Assembly (NCBI GenBank): GCA_963734595.1
Contig: CAVTHV010000037.1
Location: forward strand, 320,214-384,213
Reading direction: 5' to 3'
Source: an uncultured beta proteobacterium
Lineage (GTDB): Bacteria; Pseudomonadota; Gammaproteobacteria; Burkholderiales; SG8-41
DNA: 64,000 nucleotides
Positions 54,310 to 64,000 of this stretch are shown in pieces (position 1 is the first letter of the stretch; each line of letters opens with the position of its first letter). The notes under the pieces were generated by a model that saw only the letters and a list, made by a program, of their open reading frames with translations, did not search any database and had not been told where the DNA came from. The position numbers and the translations under genes were made by a program.

Positions 54310-54882
54310 CTAGTCCGTTTTCTTGAGCTTTTTCAGGAATTGCTTGCGGAATTTGGCCACTTTGGGCGCCACCACGGCCCGGCAATATGGCTGGAACGGA
54401 TTGAGTGCAAAGTATTCCTGGTGGTAATCCTCGGCGATATAGAACGTCGAAGCCGCCGCAATCTCGGTCACGATCGGATCCTTCCACAGCTTCGCGGCAT
54501 TCAAATTCGCAATCACCTGCTCCGCCAGCGCTTTTTGCCCGGGCGAATGGTAAAAAATGACGGAGCGATACTGGGTGCCGACATCGTTACCCTGGAAATT
54601 AAGCTGTGTTGGATCATGAATCACGAAAAAAACTTCCAGGATCTCCCGGAAAGTGACCACTTCCGGGTCGAACGTGACTTGCACGACTTCGGCATGTCCG
54701 GTTCCGCCGCCGCACACTTCCGCATAGGAAGGGTTGGGCTTCTGTCCGCCCATGTAGCCGGATTCGACTGTCTCGACGCCTCGCAAGTCATCGAATACGG
54801 CTTCGAGACACCAAAAACATCCGCCGCCGAGCGTCGCGATCTCCCTGCCCGCCTTTTCACCGGGTTGCTGCATATCAACCAT
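54310..54882 (-). CDS. msrA: peptide-methionine (S)-S-oxide reductase MsrA (cytoplasmic type)
   Basis: ATLGGGCFWCLEAVF active site, GHAEVVQVTFDP, YHQEYF. The start may instead be the second ATG at 54873, which has better SD spacing. Confidence 0.9.
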   Translation of the reverse strand: MVDMQQPGEKAGREIATLGGGCFWCLEAVFDDLRGVETVESGYMGGQKPNPSYAEVCGGGTGHAEVVQVTFDPEVVTFREILEVFFVIHDPTQLNFQGNDVGTQYRSVIFYHSPGQKALAEQVIANLNAAKLWKDPIVTEIAAASTFYIAEDYHQEYFALNPFQPYCRAVVAPKVAKFRKQFLKKLKKTD

Positions 54883-54966
54883 CCTTGTCTTTGAAAAAGA
54901 TCAACCCGGCTGATTGGCCTGTCAGACGGGACATTCCTGGCAGGTGCCGGCGGTACTCCCGCGCGG

Positions 54967-55965
54967 TCAATTCGTGGAGTGATACTCCGTCACGCGCCGG
55001 ACTTCATTTTTCGAGCCGAGAATCACGCCGACGCGCTGGTGCAGGGCCTCGGGCCGGATATCGAGGATGCGCTGGTGGCCGTTGGTCGCCGCCCCGCCCG
55101 CCTGCTCGACGATGAACGACATCGGGTTGGCTTCATACATCAGGCGCAGCCTGCCGTCCTTGTGCCGCGCATCGCGCGGATACATGAATATGCCGCCGCG
55201 TGACAGTATGCGATAAACGTCGGCGACCATGGACGCCACCCAGCGCATATTGAAGTCCTTGCCGCGCGGGCCGTTCTTGCCCGCCAGACATTCATCGATG
55301 TAGCGCTTGACCGGCGGTTCCCAGTTGCGCATGTTCGACACGTTGATCGCAAACTCCCCGGTGTCCTCGGGGATCTCGATTTTCGGCTGCGTCAACACCC
55401 AGCTGCCCAGTTCGCGGTCCAGCGTGAAGCCGGCCACGCCATTGCCGACGGTCAGCACGAGGAGGGTCGACGGGCCGTAAACGGCAAAGCCGGCCGCGAC
55501 CTGGCTGGTTCCGGGCTGCAGGAAGGCTTTCTCGTCCGGCTCCTCGACTCCCTCCGGGCAGCGCAGCACCGAGAAGATGGTGCCGATCGACACATTGACA
55601 TCGATATTGGAAGAGCCGTCGAGCGGATCGAACAGCAGCAGAAAGCCGCCGCGCGGATAAGCGCGGGGTATCTGGTGCGGCTTCTCCATCTCTTCCGACG
55701 CCATCGCCGCGAGATGTCCGCCCCATTCGTTCGCCTCCAGCAGCACTTCGTTGGAAATCACGTCGAGTTTTTTCTGCGTCTCGCCCTGCACGTTCTCGGT
55801 CCCGGCGCTGCCCAGCACGTTGGCCAGCGCACCTTTGCTCACTGCGTGGCCGATCGCCTTGCAGGCGCGGGCGACGACTTCGATCAACAGGCGCAATTCC
55901 GCTGATACTTTATTGTGGTTGCGCTGCTGTTCGACGAGATATTGGGTGAGCGTGACGCGACGCAT
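54967..55965 (-). CDS. fbp: class 1 fructose-1,6-bisphosphatase
   Basis: [14 protein letters not shown]..., [45 protein letters not shown]. Intact 332 aa. Confidence 0.92.
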   Translation of the reverse strand: MRRVTLTQYLVEQQRNHNKVSAELRLLIEVVARACKAIGHAVSKGALANVLGSAGTENVQGETQKKLDVISNEVLLEANEWGGHLAAMASEEMEKPHQIPRAYPRGGFLLLFDPLDGSSNIDVNVSIGTIFSVLRCPEGVEEPDEKAFLQPGTSQVAAGFAVYGPSTLLVLTVGNGVAGFTLDRELGSWVLTQPKIEIPEDTGEFAINVSNMRNWEPPVKRYIDECLAGKNGPRGKDFNMRWVASMVADVYRILSRGGIFMYPRDARHKDGRLRLMYEANPMSFIVEQAGGAATNGHQRILDIRPEALHQRVGVILGSKNEVRRVTEYHSTN

Positions 55966-56130
55966 GGTTCCTCCACTGGGTTCGATGATCTTTTGGACCG
56001 CAATTATCCGCTATACTGAAAGCCAGCTCAACGACCGACGGCCAAGCGTTGCGCCCGCAACCGGAAGGATGCGAGGCGCACGGCGCGGTCATATCGCGGT
56101 TCATCGCGTCTTCCGGAGGGGCCATCCCGT

Positions 56131-56765
56131 ATGAAGACTCCGCAAAATCGATGGCTTGCGCTGCTTGCGCTGCTGGGATGCTTTGTCGCGCCCTCGAGCG
56201 CCCAGGCCCAGATCCAGAAAACGCCGCCGCCGGTGTATGCCAAGGCGACTTTCGCCGGCGGCTGTTTCTGGTGCATGGAGCCGCCGTTCGACAAGCTGCC
56301 CGGCGTCATCTCGACCACCGCCGGCTACACGGGCGGACACACCAGAAACCCGACCTATGAGCAGGTGTCGAGCGGACAAACCGGACACGCCGAAGCCGTA
56401 GAGGTCGAGTATGACCCGAAACGGATAAGCTACGAGAAACTGCTGGACGTATTCTGGCACAACATCGATCCGACACAGCGCGATGGCCAGTTCTGCGATC
56501 ACGGCTCGCAGTACCGCACTGCGATCTTCTATCACGATGACGAGCAGAAACGACTCGCCGAGGCGTCGAAAGCCGCGCTCGTCAAGAACCAAACCGTTCA
56601 AGGGCAGAAATCGTGACCGAGATTACGCGCGCGACCGAGTTTTATCGCGCCGAGGATTACCACCAGGATTTTTACCGGAAGAATCCGATCCGCTACAAGT
56701 TCTACCGGACCGGTTGCGGCCGCGACGCCCGCCTCAAGGAACTGTGGGGCAAGAGCGCGGAGTAG
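56131..56765 (+). pseudogene. msrA: periplasmic-type peptide-methionine (S)-S-oxide reductase MsrA with signal peptide, two closely spaced frameshifts (about 56588 and 56607)
   Basis: [26 protein letters not shown] signal peptide, [27 protein letters not shown] in frame 1. KPFKG is in frame 2, and [52 protein letters not shown] is in frame 3. Confidence 0.8.
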
Positions 56766-56913
56766 GCATTGCGTTGCGCCGGGATTCACGCCGGACTCGT
56801 CGCAAGAAACTCTCTTTAAAAACAATGCATTATATTTCACACCGAGACTGTCCGAGGTCGGCCCTCGCACGGAACCATCGCGGCCAGGGATGCCGGTCAT
56901 CCCTGATTGACCG

Positions 56914-58037
56914 GTGAAGCAGTTGTTGTTGCTCGGCGGCGGGCACAGCCAGGTCGAAGTGATTCGCCGGCTCGGGCTGCAGCCGCTGCACGACGTCAGG
57001 ACCACGCTGGTCAGCCCGGACCGCTACACGCCCTATTCCGGCATGCTGCCGGGATTCGTCGCCGGACACTACGGATTTCACGATTGCCATATCGATCTCG
57101 AACGCCTGTGCGACGCCTCAGGTGTCGAGTTCCGCCGCTCCACGGCGATCGGCATCGACCCCGCTGCAAATCGTGTGAACTGCGAAGACGGCAGCGTGCT
57201 CGATTACGACGCACTGTCGATCGATATCGGCTCGACACCCGAGACCGATTCCGTTCCCGGCGCGCTCGACCATGCGATCCGCGTCAAGCCGGTCGCCGGC
57301 TTCATCGGCATCTGGGACCGCATCATCGATACTGCAGCCGGCGGCAGCCGCTGCGCATTGCGGTGGTGGGCGGCGGCGCAGGCGGCGTGGAACTGGCGCT
57401 GGCGATGCACTACCGGTTGTGCGCGCAGAACGGAACCGCCGAATTTCATTTGCTCGCGGATACCGCGACGATATTGCCCGGCTTCCCGGCCCGGGTGGGG
57501 CGCATATTCGAACGCGTGCTTAACGAACGCGGTATCGCGATCCATATCCACAGCAGGGTCATCCGGCTTGGGCATGGCGTGTTGTATCGCGATACCGGCG
57601 GTCCATTGCATGCCGATCACATCATCTGGGCGACAGCAGCGGGCGCGCCACGCTGGCTTGCCGCGAGCGGCATCAAGACCGATGCGCGCGGTTTTATCGC
57701 GGTGAACGATGCGCTGCAGTCGGTATCGCATCCCCGCATATTTGCAGCCGGCGACATCGCCAGCATGGTCAGCCATGCGCGCCCGAAATCCGGCGTCTAT
57801 GCAGTACGCCAGGGACCGCCGCTCTCGGAAAATCTGCGGCGAGCGCTCGGCAGCCGACCACTCGCCGGCTACTCGCCACAAAAAAAGGCCCTTGCCTTGA
57901 TCAGCACCGGCGACAAATATGCGGTTGCTGCGTACGGCACGTTTGCGCTCGAAGGCAAATGGGTCTGGCAATGGAAAGACCACATCGACCGCAGGTTCAT
58001 GACGAAATACAACAGCCCGCCGCGCAATTCGACATAG
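56914..58037 (+). pseudogene. FAD-dependent pyridine nucleotide-disulfide oxidoreductase (NDH-2-like), one frameshift near 57345
   Basis: VKQLLLLGGGHSQVEV (FAD GxGxxG motif) in the 56914 frame. PLRIAVVGGGAGGVELALAM...IFAAGDIAS...GVYAVRQGP lies in the 56907..58037 frame. Confidence 0.75.
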
Positions 58038-58050
58038 ATTTTGCGTATTC

Positions 58051-58107
58051 GTAAGACTCACGTAAGTCGCGAGTAAGTCTTGTGAAAGCTACGTAAATCT
58101 GCGTAAA
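58051..58107 (+). repeat. six helically phased direct repeats GTAA(G/A) (one degenerate) upstream of the repeat-protein gene
   Basis: GTAAG at 58051, 58062 and 58073. Degenerate GTGAAA at 58082. GTAAA at 58093 and 58103. Spacing is 10-11 bp. The array ends 85 bp before ATG 58192. Confidence 0.45.
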
Positions 58108-58191
58108 AGCCATCGCCGCTCATTCCTGTTGTCCGTATGCTCTCCATCACTGATGCCGGTAACCGCCGCATCATTTATCAAGGAGAACGAC

Positions 58192-58575
58192 ATGATCCGC
58201 AAAACCATACTCGCAATTGCGCTCGGTACCGTATTCGCGGCCCCGATGTACAACGTCTACGCCGAAGGTGAAGACGAGAAGAAAGCCGACCTGATCGTCG
58301 CCGAAGGTGAAGACGAGAAGAAAGCCGACCTGATCGTTGCCGAAGGTGAAGACGAGAAGAAAGCCGACCTGATCGTTGCCGAAGGTGAAGATGAGAAGAA
58401 AGCCGACCTGATCGTTGCCGAAGGCGAAGACGAGAAGAAAGCCGACCTGATCGTTGCCGAAGGTGAAGACGAGAAGAAAGCCGACCTGATCGTTGCCGAA
58501 GGCGAAGACGAGAAGAAGGCCGACCTGATCGTTGCCGAAGGTGAAGACGAGAAGAAGGCCGACCTGATCAGCTGA
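58192..58575 (+). CDS. secreted repeat protein: signal peptide plus eight tandem 13-aa units AEGEDEKKADLIV
   Basis: AAGGAGA SD at 58180-58186, 5 nt before the ATG. MIRKTILAIALGTVFAAPMYNVYA is a signal peptide. Eight in-frame repeats differ only by synonymous third-position changes. A strong terminator follows. Confidence 0.7.
   Translation: MIRKTILAIALGTVFAAPMYNVYAEGEDEKKADLIVAEGEDEKKADLIVAEGEDEKKADLIVAEGEDEKKADLIVAEGEDEKKADLIVAEGEDEKKADLIVAEGEDEKKADLIVAEGEDEKKADLIS
58261..58572 (+). repeat. 39-bp tandem repeat x8 (coding)
   Basis: gccgaaggtgaagacgagaagaaagccgacctgatcgtt repeated head-to-tail with no spacers. Variants are ggt/ggc, gac/gat, aaa/aag and gtc/gtt. Confidence 0.95.
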
Positions 58576-58620
58576 TCACCGGCAAAAAAGCCGACATCAA
58601 GCGAACAATCTTGGTGGGAC

Positions 58621-58660
58621 GGGCGCACCGGGTCGAATGACCGGTGCGCCCGTGTTTTTA
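58621..58660 (+). terminator. rho-independent terminator of the repeat-protein gene
   Basis: 11-bp stem gggcgcaccgg / ccggtgcgccc (58621-58631 / 58641-58651) followed by gtgttttta. Confidence 0.7.
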
Positions 58661-58679
58661 TAGGTACCGGAAAGCGGGG

Positions 58680-59879
58680 TCAGCTGATGATCACGCGTGC
58701 ATACCTGCGCTTGCCAACCTGCAGCACAGCAGAGTCTCCCTTGCCCAGCCTGAATTCGCGGTCACTGACTTTTTCGCCGTTGAGCTTCACTCCGCCCTGT
58801 TCGATCATGCGCAGCGCTTCGGATGTGCTCGCGGTCAAGCCGGCCTGCTTGAGCACCTGCGCGATGACGAGACCGTCAACGCCGGACGTCAAATTCACTT
58901 CGGGAATGGTTTCGGGCAGTTCACCCTGCCTGAAGCGCGCCTCGAAATCGGCAAGCGCCTCCTGCGCGGCCGCCTTGCTGTGGAAACGCGCAACGATTTC
59001 CTGGGCAAACGCAACCTTGATGTCGCGGGGATTGCGCCCTTGCCCGGTCTCCTGTTTCCATTTGCGAATGGTTTCAAGCGGCTCGAACGACAACAGCTCG
59101 ATGTAGCGCCACATCAATTCGTCCGAAACCGACATCAGCTTGCCGAAGATCTCCTTCGGGCTTTCGTTGATGCCGACATAATTGCCGAGCGACTTCGACA
59201 TCTTGTTGACGCCGTCCAGCCCGATCAGAAGCGGCATCGTTAGAATGCACTGCGGCGGCTGGCCGAAATGCTTCTGCAGTTCGCGCCCCATCAGCAGGTT
59301 GAATTTCTGATCGGTGCCGCCGAGCTCGACGTCGCATTTGAGCACCACCGAATCATAGCCCTGCACCAGCGGATAAAGAAACTCGTGGATCGCGATCGGC
59401 TGGTTGCCCTTGTAGCGTTTGCTGAAGTCGTCGCGCTCGAGCATGCGCGCCACGGTGTGGGTCGCGGCGAGCCGGATCATGTCGGCGGCGTTCATCTTGG
59501 CCATCCACGATGAATTGAACACGACCTCGGTTTTGTCACGGTCGAGAATCTTGAACACCTGGTCGGTGTACGTGCGGGCATTTTGCGCAACCTCTTCGCC
59601 TGACAACGGCGGGCGCGTCGTATTTTTCCCGGTGGGGTCGCCGATCATGCCGGTGAAATCGCCGACCAGGAACAGGATGTGATGGCCGAGATCCTGAAAC
59701 TGCCTCAACTTGTTGAGCAGCACCGTGTGCCCGAGATGCAGATCGGGTGCGGTGGGATCGAAGCCGGCCTTGACGCGCAACGTCCGTCCCGCTTTGAGCC
59801 GGTTCTTGAGCTCGTCTTCGATCAGCAGTTCGTCGCAACCGCGTTTGATGATTTCAAGTTGTGTGTCTAGCGCTACCAT
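58680..59879 (-). CDS. tyrS: tyrosine--tRNA ligase (type 2, TyrZ-like)
   Basis: [14 protein letters not shown]..., HIGH region ([10 protein letters not shown]), KMSKS ([10 protein letters not shown]) and a C-terminal S4 domain. I chose ATG 59879, which is preceded by AGGAGA, inside the longer track ORF. Confidence 0.9.
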   Translation of the reverse strand: MVALDTQLEIIKRGCDELLIEDELKNRLKAGRTLRVKAGFDPTAPDLHLGHTVLLNKLRQFQDLGHHILFLVGDFTGMIGDPTGKNTTRPPLSGEEVAQNARTYTDQVFKILDRDKTEVVFNSSWMAKMNAADMIRLAATHTVARMLERDDFSKRYKGNQPIAIHEFLYPLVQGYDSVVLKCDVELGGTDQKFNLLMGRELQKHFGQPPQCILTMPLLIGLDGVNKMSKSLGNYVGINESPKEIFGKLMSVSDELMWRYIELLSFEPLETIRKWKQETGQGRNPRDIKVAFAQEIVARFHSKAAAQEALADFEARFRQGELPETIPEVNLTSGVDGLVIAQVLKQAGLTASTSEALRMIEQGGVKLNGEKVSDREFRLGKGDSAVLQVGKRRYARVIIS

Positions 59880-59970
59880 GATCTCCTGCATTTCACGATG
59901 CGAAATATTGGGTTTGCCATCGGGGAGGATTCTGCTAAGCTTGCCGCTTTGAGAAAAACCTAGGGAAATC

Positions 59971-61288
59971 ATGCAGCAAGCCCAAAGCGTGATTCTAGCG
60001 CAAAACCTGCTGCGGCTGGCTTCCGGCAGCAAACTCGGCCGGCTGATCGCCGCCGCAGTGCTGCCCTTTTTAGGGGTGGTCGCCGCCTTCGGTATCGCCC
60101 CCGATACCGTGGTCGACCAACCGGTCGTCACCCAGGTCATCGAGCAAGTCGCGCTGCCGGATTTTGCGGCAATCGATAATTCCGACCAGACTTTCTGGCA
60201 TGAAGAGCGCATTCAGCGCGGCGACACCGTCGCCAGCCTGCTCGCGCGGCTGCAAGTGGCCGATCCGGCGGCCGTCAATACCTTGCGCAGCGACGCGCGA
60301 GGCGCAGGCGCTCCGCCAGTTGACACCGGGCCGCACCATCCGCGCGAGGACCACTGAAGACGGCAAGCTCGTCGCGCTGCGTTATCTCAGCGGGAGCAGC
60401 CTGTTTTCCGCCGACCGCAGTGCCAGCGGTTTCACCATCAGCGAGCAGCCGGCGCAGCTCGAGCAGCGCGTCCTGATGAAATCGGCGGAAATCCGAAGCT
60501 CGCTCTTCGCCGCCACCGATGCAGCCAATCTCCCCGACGCGGTCGCCACCCAGATCGCGGACATCTTTTCCACTGACATCGACTTTCACAAGGATCTGCG
60601 CAAGGGCGATCATTTCACCGTCGTCTACGAGACCTTCTATCACCTGGGTGAAGCGGTCAGGACGGGACGCGTGCTGGCCGCGGAATTCATCAACCAGGGC
60701 AAAACCTTTCAGGCCGTCTATTTCCAGAATGCCGACGGCCAGGGCGGTTACTACACGCTCGACGGCAGGAACATCCGCAAGGCATTCCTGAAGTCGCCCC
60801 TCGAGTTTTCGCGCATCAGTTCCGGCTTCACCAATGCCCGCTATCACCCGATTCTCAAGGAATGGCGCGCGCACAAAGGCGTCGATTTCGCCGCGCCCAT
60901 CGGCACCCGGGTCAAGGCCACCGCGGACGGCGTGGTCGAGTTTGCCGGCCGCCGCGGCGGTTACGGCAATCTCGTGGTGCTGCGTCACCAGTCGAAATTT
61001 TCGACCTGGTACGGACACCTCTCGCGCATTGCCAGCGGCCTGCACAAGGGCAGCCGCGTCGCCCAGGGCGACGTCATCGGCAACGTTGGCATGACCGGGC
61101 TCGCGACCGGCCCGCATTTGCACTATGAATTCCGCGTCAACGACGTGCAGCAGAACCCGCTGCGTGTGGCGATGCCTGCCGCGCCGCCGATCACGCCGAA
61201 ATACCGGGCCGCGTTCGAAGTGGCTGCGCAGCAGATGGCGCAGCGGCTTGCCCTGTTGCGCGGAACCAATCTCGCCAGCCTCGAGTAG
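59971..61288 (+). pseudogene. M23 family metallopeptidase with N-terminal membrane anchor and OapA/LysM-like segment, one frameshift near 60295
   Basis: [14 protein letters not shown]...[28 protein letters not shown] in frame 1. EAQALRQLTPGRTIRA...HKGVDFAAPIGTRVKATADGVV...GNVGMTGLATGPHLHYEF (HxxxD and HxH M23 motifs) lies in the 60164..61288 frame. Confidence 0.8.
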
Positions 61289-61308
61289 GCTGCTCCCGTC
61301 TTCAGCCG

Positions 61309-62400
61309 ATGCCGGAACTTTATGTCGGGCTGATGTCCGGCACCAGTCTGGACGGCATAGACGCCGCAGTTGCTGATTTCAGCGGCGCCGGCATCCGGCT
61401 GCTGCACAAGCACTATCAGCCGTTCCAGCCGAAATTGCGCGCGAGCCTGCTGGAACTGCACGATGAAGGGCGCGATGAGCTGCATCGCGCCGCCGTCGCC
61501 GCCAATCAGCTTTCCCACGCCTATGCCGCGGCAGTCAGGACATTGCTGGCGCAAGCCGGGATCGACCCGGCGCAGGTTGCCGCCATCGGGTGCCATGGGC
61601 AAACCGTACGCCACCGGCCCGACGCCGGCTATACCCTGCAACTGGTCAATGGCGCACTGCTGACCGAACTCACCGGGATCACCGTCGTGTGCGATTTCCG
61701 CAGCCGCGACATTGCCGCCGGCGGCCAGGGCGCGCCGCTGGTTCCCGCTTTCCACCACGAGCTTTTTCACGACGCAAGCCGCCATCGCGTCATCGTCAAC
61801 ATCGGCGGCATCGCCAACCTGACCGATTTGCCGCCCGGCGGCATCGTGACCGGATTCGACTGCGGGCCCGGCAACCTGCTGCTGGATGCCTGGATCATGG
61901 ACAATATGGGAAAGTCCTACGACCAGAACGGCATGTGGGCGGCGCAGGGCAAGGTACTGCCCGCGCTGCTCGAGGCGCTTCTGGCCCACGACTTCTTCCG
62001 GCTCCCGCCGCCCAAAAGTACCGGGCGGGAAACGTTCAATCTCGCGTGGCTCAGGCGCACCCGCGCCGGCACTGAAGACGCCGTCGACGTTCAGGCGACG
62101 CTGCTGGAGCTGACCGCTGCCAGCATCGCGCAGGCCATCAGCGATCATTGCCATGGCGCAACCGAGATTTTTGTGTGTGGCGGCGGGGCGCGCAATCAGG
62201 CGCTGGTCAGCCGCCTGGGTCAACTGTTACCGGGCATGAAGCTTGATGTCACCGATGCGCTGGGCGTCGATGCGGAATGGCTGGAAGCGCTGGCGTTTGC
62301 CTGGCTCGGGCGCCAGGCGTTGACCGGCAAACCCGGTAATCTGCCGGGCGTGACCGGCGCCAGAGGCCCGCGCGTCTTGGGTGCGATCTACCCGGCGTAA
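61309..62400 (+). CDS. anmK: anhydro-N-acetylmuramic acid kinase
   Basis: MPELYVGLMSGTSLDGIDAAV...GCHGQTVRH...DFRSRDIAAGGQGAPLVPAFH...GGGARN. Intact 363 aa. Confidence 0.92.
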   Translation: MPELYVGLMSGTSLDGIDAAVADFSGAGIRLLHKHYQPFQPKLRASLLELHDEGRDELHRAAVAANQLSHAYAAAVRTLLAQAGIDPAQVAAIGCHGQTVRHRPDAGYTLQLVNGALLTELTGITVVCDFRSRDIAAGGQGAPLVPAFHHELFHDASRHRVIVNIGGIANLTDLPPGGIVTGFDCGPGNLLLDAWIMDNMGKSYDQNGMWAAQGKVLPALLEALLAHDFFRLPPPKSTGRETFNLAWLRRTRAGTEDAVDVQATLLELTAASIAQAISDHCHGATEIFVCGGGARNQALVSRLGQLLPGMKLDVTDALGVDAEWLEALAFAWLGRQALTGKPGNLPGVTGARGPRVLGAIYPA

Positions 62401-62404
62401 GCCC

Positions 62405-62434
62405 AAAAAAAACGGGAGCCTGCGCTCCCGTTTT
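62405..62434. terminator. bidirectional rho-independent terminator between anmK and erpA
   Basis: aaaaaaaa-cgggagc-ctgc-gctcccg-tttt: an A-run, a 7-bp GC stem and a T-run. Confidence 0.7.
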
Positions 62435-62451
62435 GCCAGACTGATTCTTGG

Positions 62452-62802
62452 TTACGCGGAGAACGACGAGCCGCAGCCGCAGGTGGAAGTCGCATTCGGA
62501 TTCTTGATCACGAACTGCGCGCCTTCAATGCCTTCCTGGTAGTCGATTTCCGCACCCGTCAGATATTGCAGGCTCATCGGGTCGATCAGCAGCGTGACGC
62601 CGCTCTTCTCGAGCGAGGTGTCGTCCTCGTTGATCGTCTCGTCGAAAGTAAAACCATACTGAAAACCGGAGCAACCTCCGCCGCTCACGAACACGCGCAG
62701 CTTGAGATCGGGGTTGCCCTCTTCGCTGATCAACTGTTTCACCTTGTTCGCCGCGCTGTCGCTAAACACCAGAGGACTCGGCATTTCGGTCACTGCATTC
62801 AT
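62452..62802 (-). CDS. erpA: iron-sulfur cluster insertion protein ErpA (A-type carrier)
   Basis: [23 protein letters not shown] and a C-terminal CGCGSSF cluster-ligand motif. Confidence 0.92.
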   Translation of the reverse strand: MNAVTEMPSPLVFSDSAANKVKQLISEEGNPDLKLRVFVSGGGCSGFQYGFTFDETINEDDTSLEKSGVTLLIDPMSLQYLTGAEIDYQEGIEGAQFVIKNPNATSTCGCGSSFSA

Positions 62803-62882
62803 TTCTTGCTCCTGACAAATTTCCTGAAAATATTATGCTGGGTGTAACACCGGGGGTCAACCGCAAGCCCGCGACCGGCGCG

Positions 62883-63290
62883 CTATTCCACCGAAGCCGG
62901 TTTCAGCTGCACGATCTTGTCCGACTTTGCATGGTCCTGGTAGACCAGCCGGCCCTGGATCACCGCCCCGAGCTGCATTTCGAGCGTCTTGTAGTATACA
63001 TCCCCTGTGACATTGGCTTTGGATTGCAGTTCAACATACTCGGCCGCATGCACCGGGCCCACCACCGTACCGTTGATAACCACGTGGGAAACACGGACTT
63101 CCCCCTCGATCCGCGCCTGCTCGGAGAGCACCAGGGTTCCGGGTTTCTCGTCGACGGCCATCACGTTGCCGCGCACGTGCCCGTCAACGCGCAAACCGCC
63201 TGCGAACGTGATGTTGCCCTCGATTACGGTGCCGGCGCCGATCAGACAGTCGATGCGGTTCTGCGGCTTGCCGCTCTTGTTGCCGAACAT
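62883..63290 (-). CDS. bactofilin family cytoskeletal protein
   Basis: Beta-helical repeat pattern IGAGTVIEGNITFAGGLRVDGHVRGNV...ARIEGEVRVSHVVINGTVVGPV...ANVTGDVYYKTLEMQLGAVIQG. Confidence 0.85.
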   Translation of the reverse strand: MFGNKSGKPQNRIDCLIGAGTVIEGNITFAGGLRVDGHVRGNVMAVDEKPGTLVLSEQARIEGEVRVSHVVINGTVVGPVHAAEYVELQSKANVTGDVYYKTLEMQLGAVIQGRLVYQDHAKSDKIVQLKPASVE

Positions 63291-63301
63291 GGTGAGCCTC
63301 C

Positions 63302-63991
63302 TCAGGAAACGTTCAAGGTCTGCGTTAGTTTAGGCGCATTGCCGCCGTTTTCAAAGACCCTCACCTGCATGCTCTTCACGACGGCATCGGGCGGGATTCT
63401 GAAGGTGCCCTCTATACGCTGGAAAAACTTGAAACTGAGCTGGTATTCCTTGACATTTTTGTCCTGCTGCGACGGCAGCGTCAGCACCAGTTTACGGCCG
63501 CCCTGTTGCACGCTCAGCACAAACTCCAGGCGGCCCCGATACTCGTTCACGCGCAGCCCGGTCTGCACCAGCAGCAGGCGGTAGCGATACTCGCCGGGCA
63601 GCGTCTCGGGCTCCAGCCGGAAACGGTTTATGGTGAGTGCGCCGTCCCTGCCGCCCACCGGCATCAATGACTGGAAAAACGCAAGGTCTTCCTTGAGCGT
63701 CGCGTTTTCCCCGGACAGCGATTTCACCTGCTTTTCCATGTCGCTATAAGTCGCGTGCTCGATCTGCAGCTGGCGCTCCGCCTGCGCCACCTTGGCACGC
63801 AATTCAGAAAGCTCCCGCTGCTGGCTTTCGATCGTATCCGTGAGTTTTTCCAGCGCGCGATCGGCTTCACCCCGGCGAAACCCGGCAAACTCCATGCCGA
63901 AATCGTAAACCGCCAAACCGGCGCCGTATACCAAACCCCCGACTGCAACAATTCCGAGCCAGCGCAGATACCACGGCATATGGGTGCGCAC
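63302..63991 (-). CDS. conserved hypothetical membrane-anchored coiled-coil protein, partner of the bactofilin gene
   Basis: TM helix (WYLRWLGIVAVGGLVYGAGLAVY) and a coiled-coil segment (LEKLTDTIESQQRELSELRAKVAQAERQLQIEHATYSDMEKQVKSL), followed by a beta-rich C-terminal domain. The 11-nt gap to the bactofilin gene suggests an operon. Confidence 0.6.
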   Translation of the reverse strand: MRTHMPWYLRWLGIVAVGGLVYGAGLAVYDFGMEFAGFRRGEADRALEKLTDTIESQQRELSELRAKVAQAERQLQIEHATYSDMEKQVKSLSGENATLKEDLAFFQSLMPVGGRDGALTINRFRLEPETLPGEYRYRLLLVQTGLRVNEYRGRLEFVLSVQQGGRKLVLTLPSQQDKNVKEYQLSFKFFQRIEGTFRIPPDAVVKSMQVRVFENGGNAPKLTQTLNVS

Positions 63992-64000
63992 TGCAACGCG

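Noticed and set aside
58261-58572. Regular 39-bp repeats considered as a possible CRISPR array
   Set aside because: The repeats are directly adjacent with no spacers. They are in frame within an ORF that has a signal peptide and RBS, and they vary only at synonymous positions. This is a coding tandem repeat, and no cas genes are nearby.

Overview
GC-rich chromosomal segment with Betaproteobacteria-like synteny (birA-coaX-SPOR; tyrS / M23 peptidase-anmK; erpA-bactofilin). I support about 52 protein-coding genes, mostly housekeeping and metabolic: glnS, tyrS, ettA, pdxH, fbp, two msrA, pit plus a DUF47 partner, nnrS, hemerythrin, uspA, two GGDEF cyclases, three orphan TctC/Bug receptors, a TAXI-TRAP transporter, several dehydrogenases and an MdtA-like adaptor cut by the window start. 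By eye I find no rRNA, tRNA, CRISPR array, transposase, integrase or phage gene. I see no clear-cut new defence or mobile system, and the window is mostly ordinary core genome. Main observations: (1) About 16 otherwise well-conserved genes carry 1-3 frame disruptions. Where I could rebuild the junction, the shift sits at a short homopolymer, which points to assembly indel error rather than real decay. (2) Five FNR/Anr-type boxes lie ahead of nnrS, uspA, an orphan GroEL paralog, a P-type ATPase and a COG2403-arcC operon. Four of them sit at class II promoter spacing from a -10-like hexamer. (3) A cyclic-2,3-diphosphoglycerate-synthetase-like GTPase gene, an orphan carbamate kinase gene and a roughly 1900-aa tandem (class III) UvrA gene appear joined by ATGA stop/start overlaps. 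The UvrA gene contains an internal heptanucleotide repeat. (4) A small secreted protein is built from eight perfect 13-aa repeats that differ only synonymously, and six helically phased GTAA(G/A) repeats lie upstream of it. (5) Two recombination scars are present: a diverged relic of the glnS 3' end, and a diverged relic of an SDR 5' end flanking a disrupted outer-membrane beta-barrel gene. (6) A Lon-like AAA+ protease and a tandem USP-like gene lie divergent from the GroES-less GroEL paralog.
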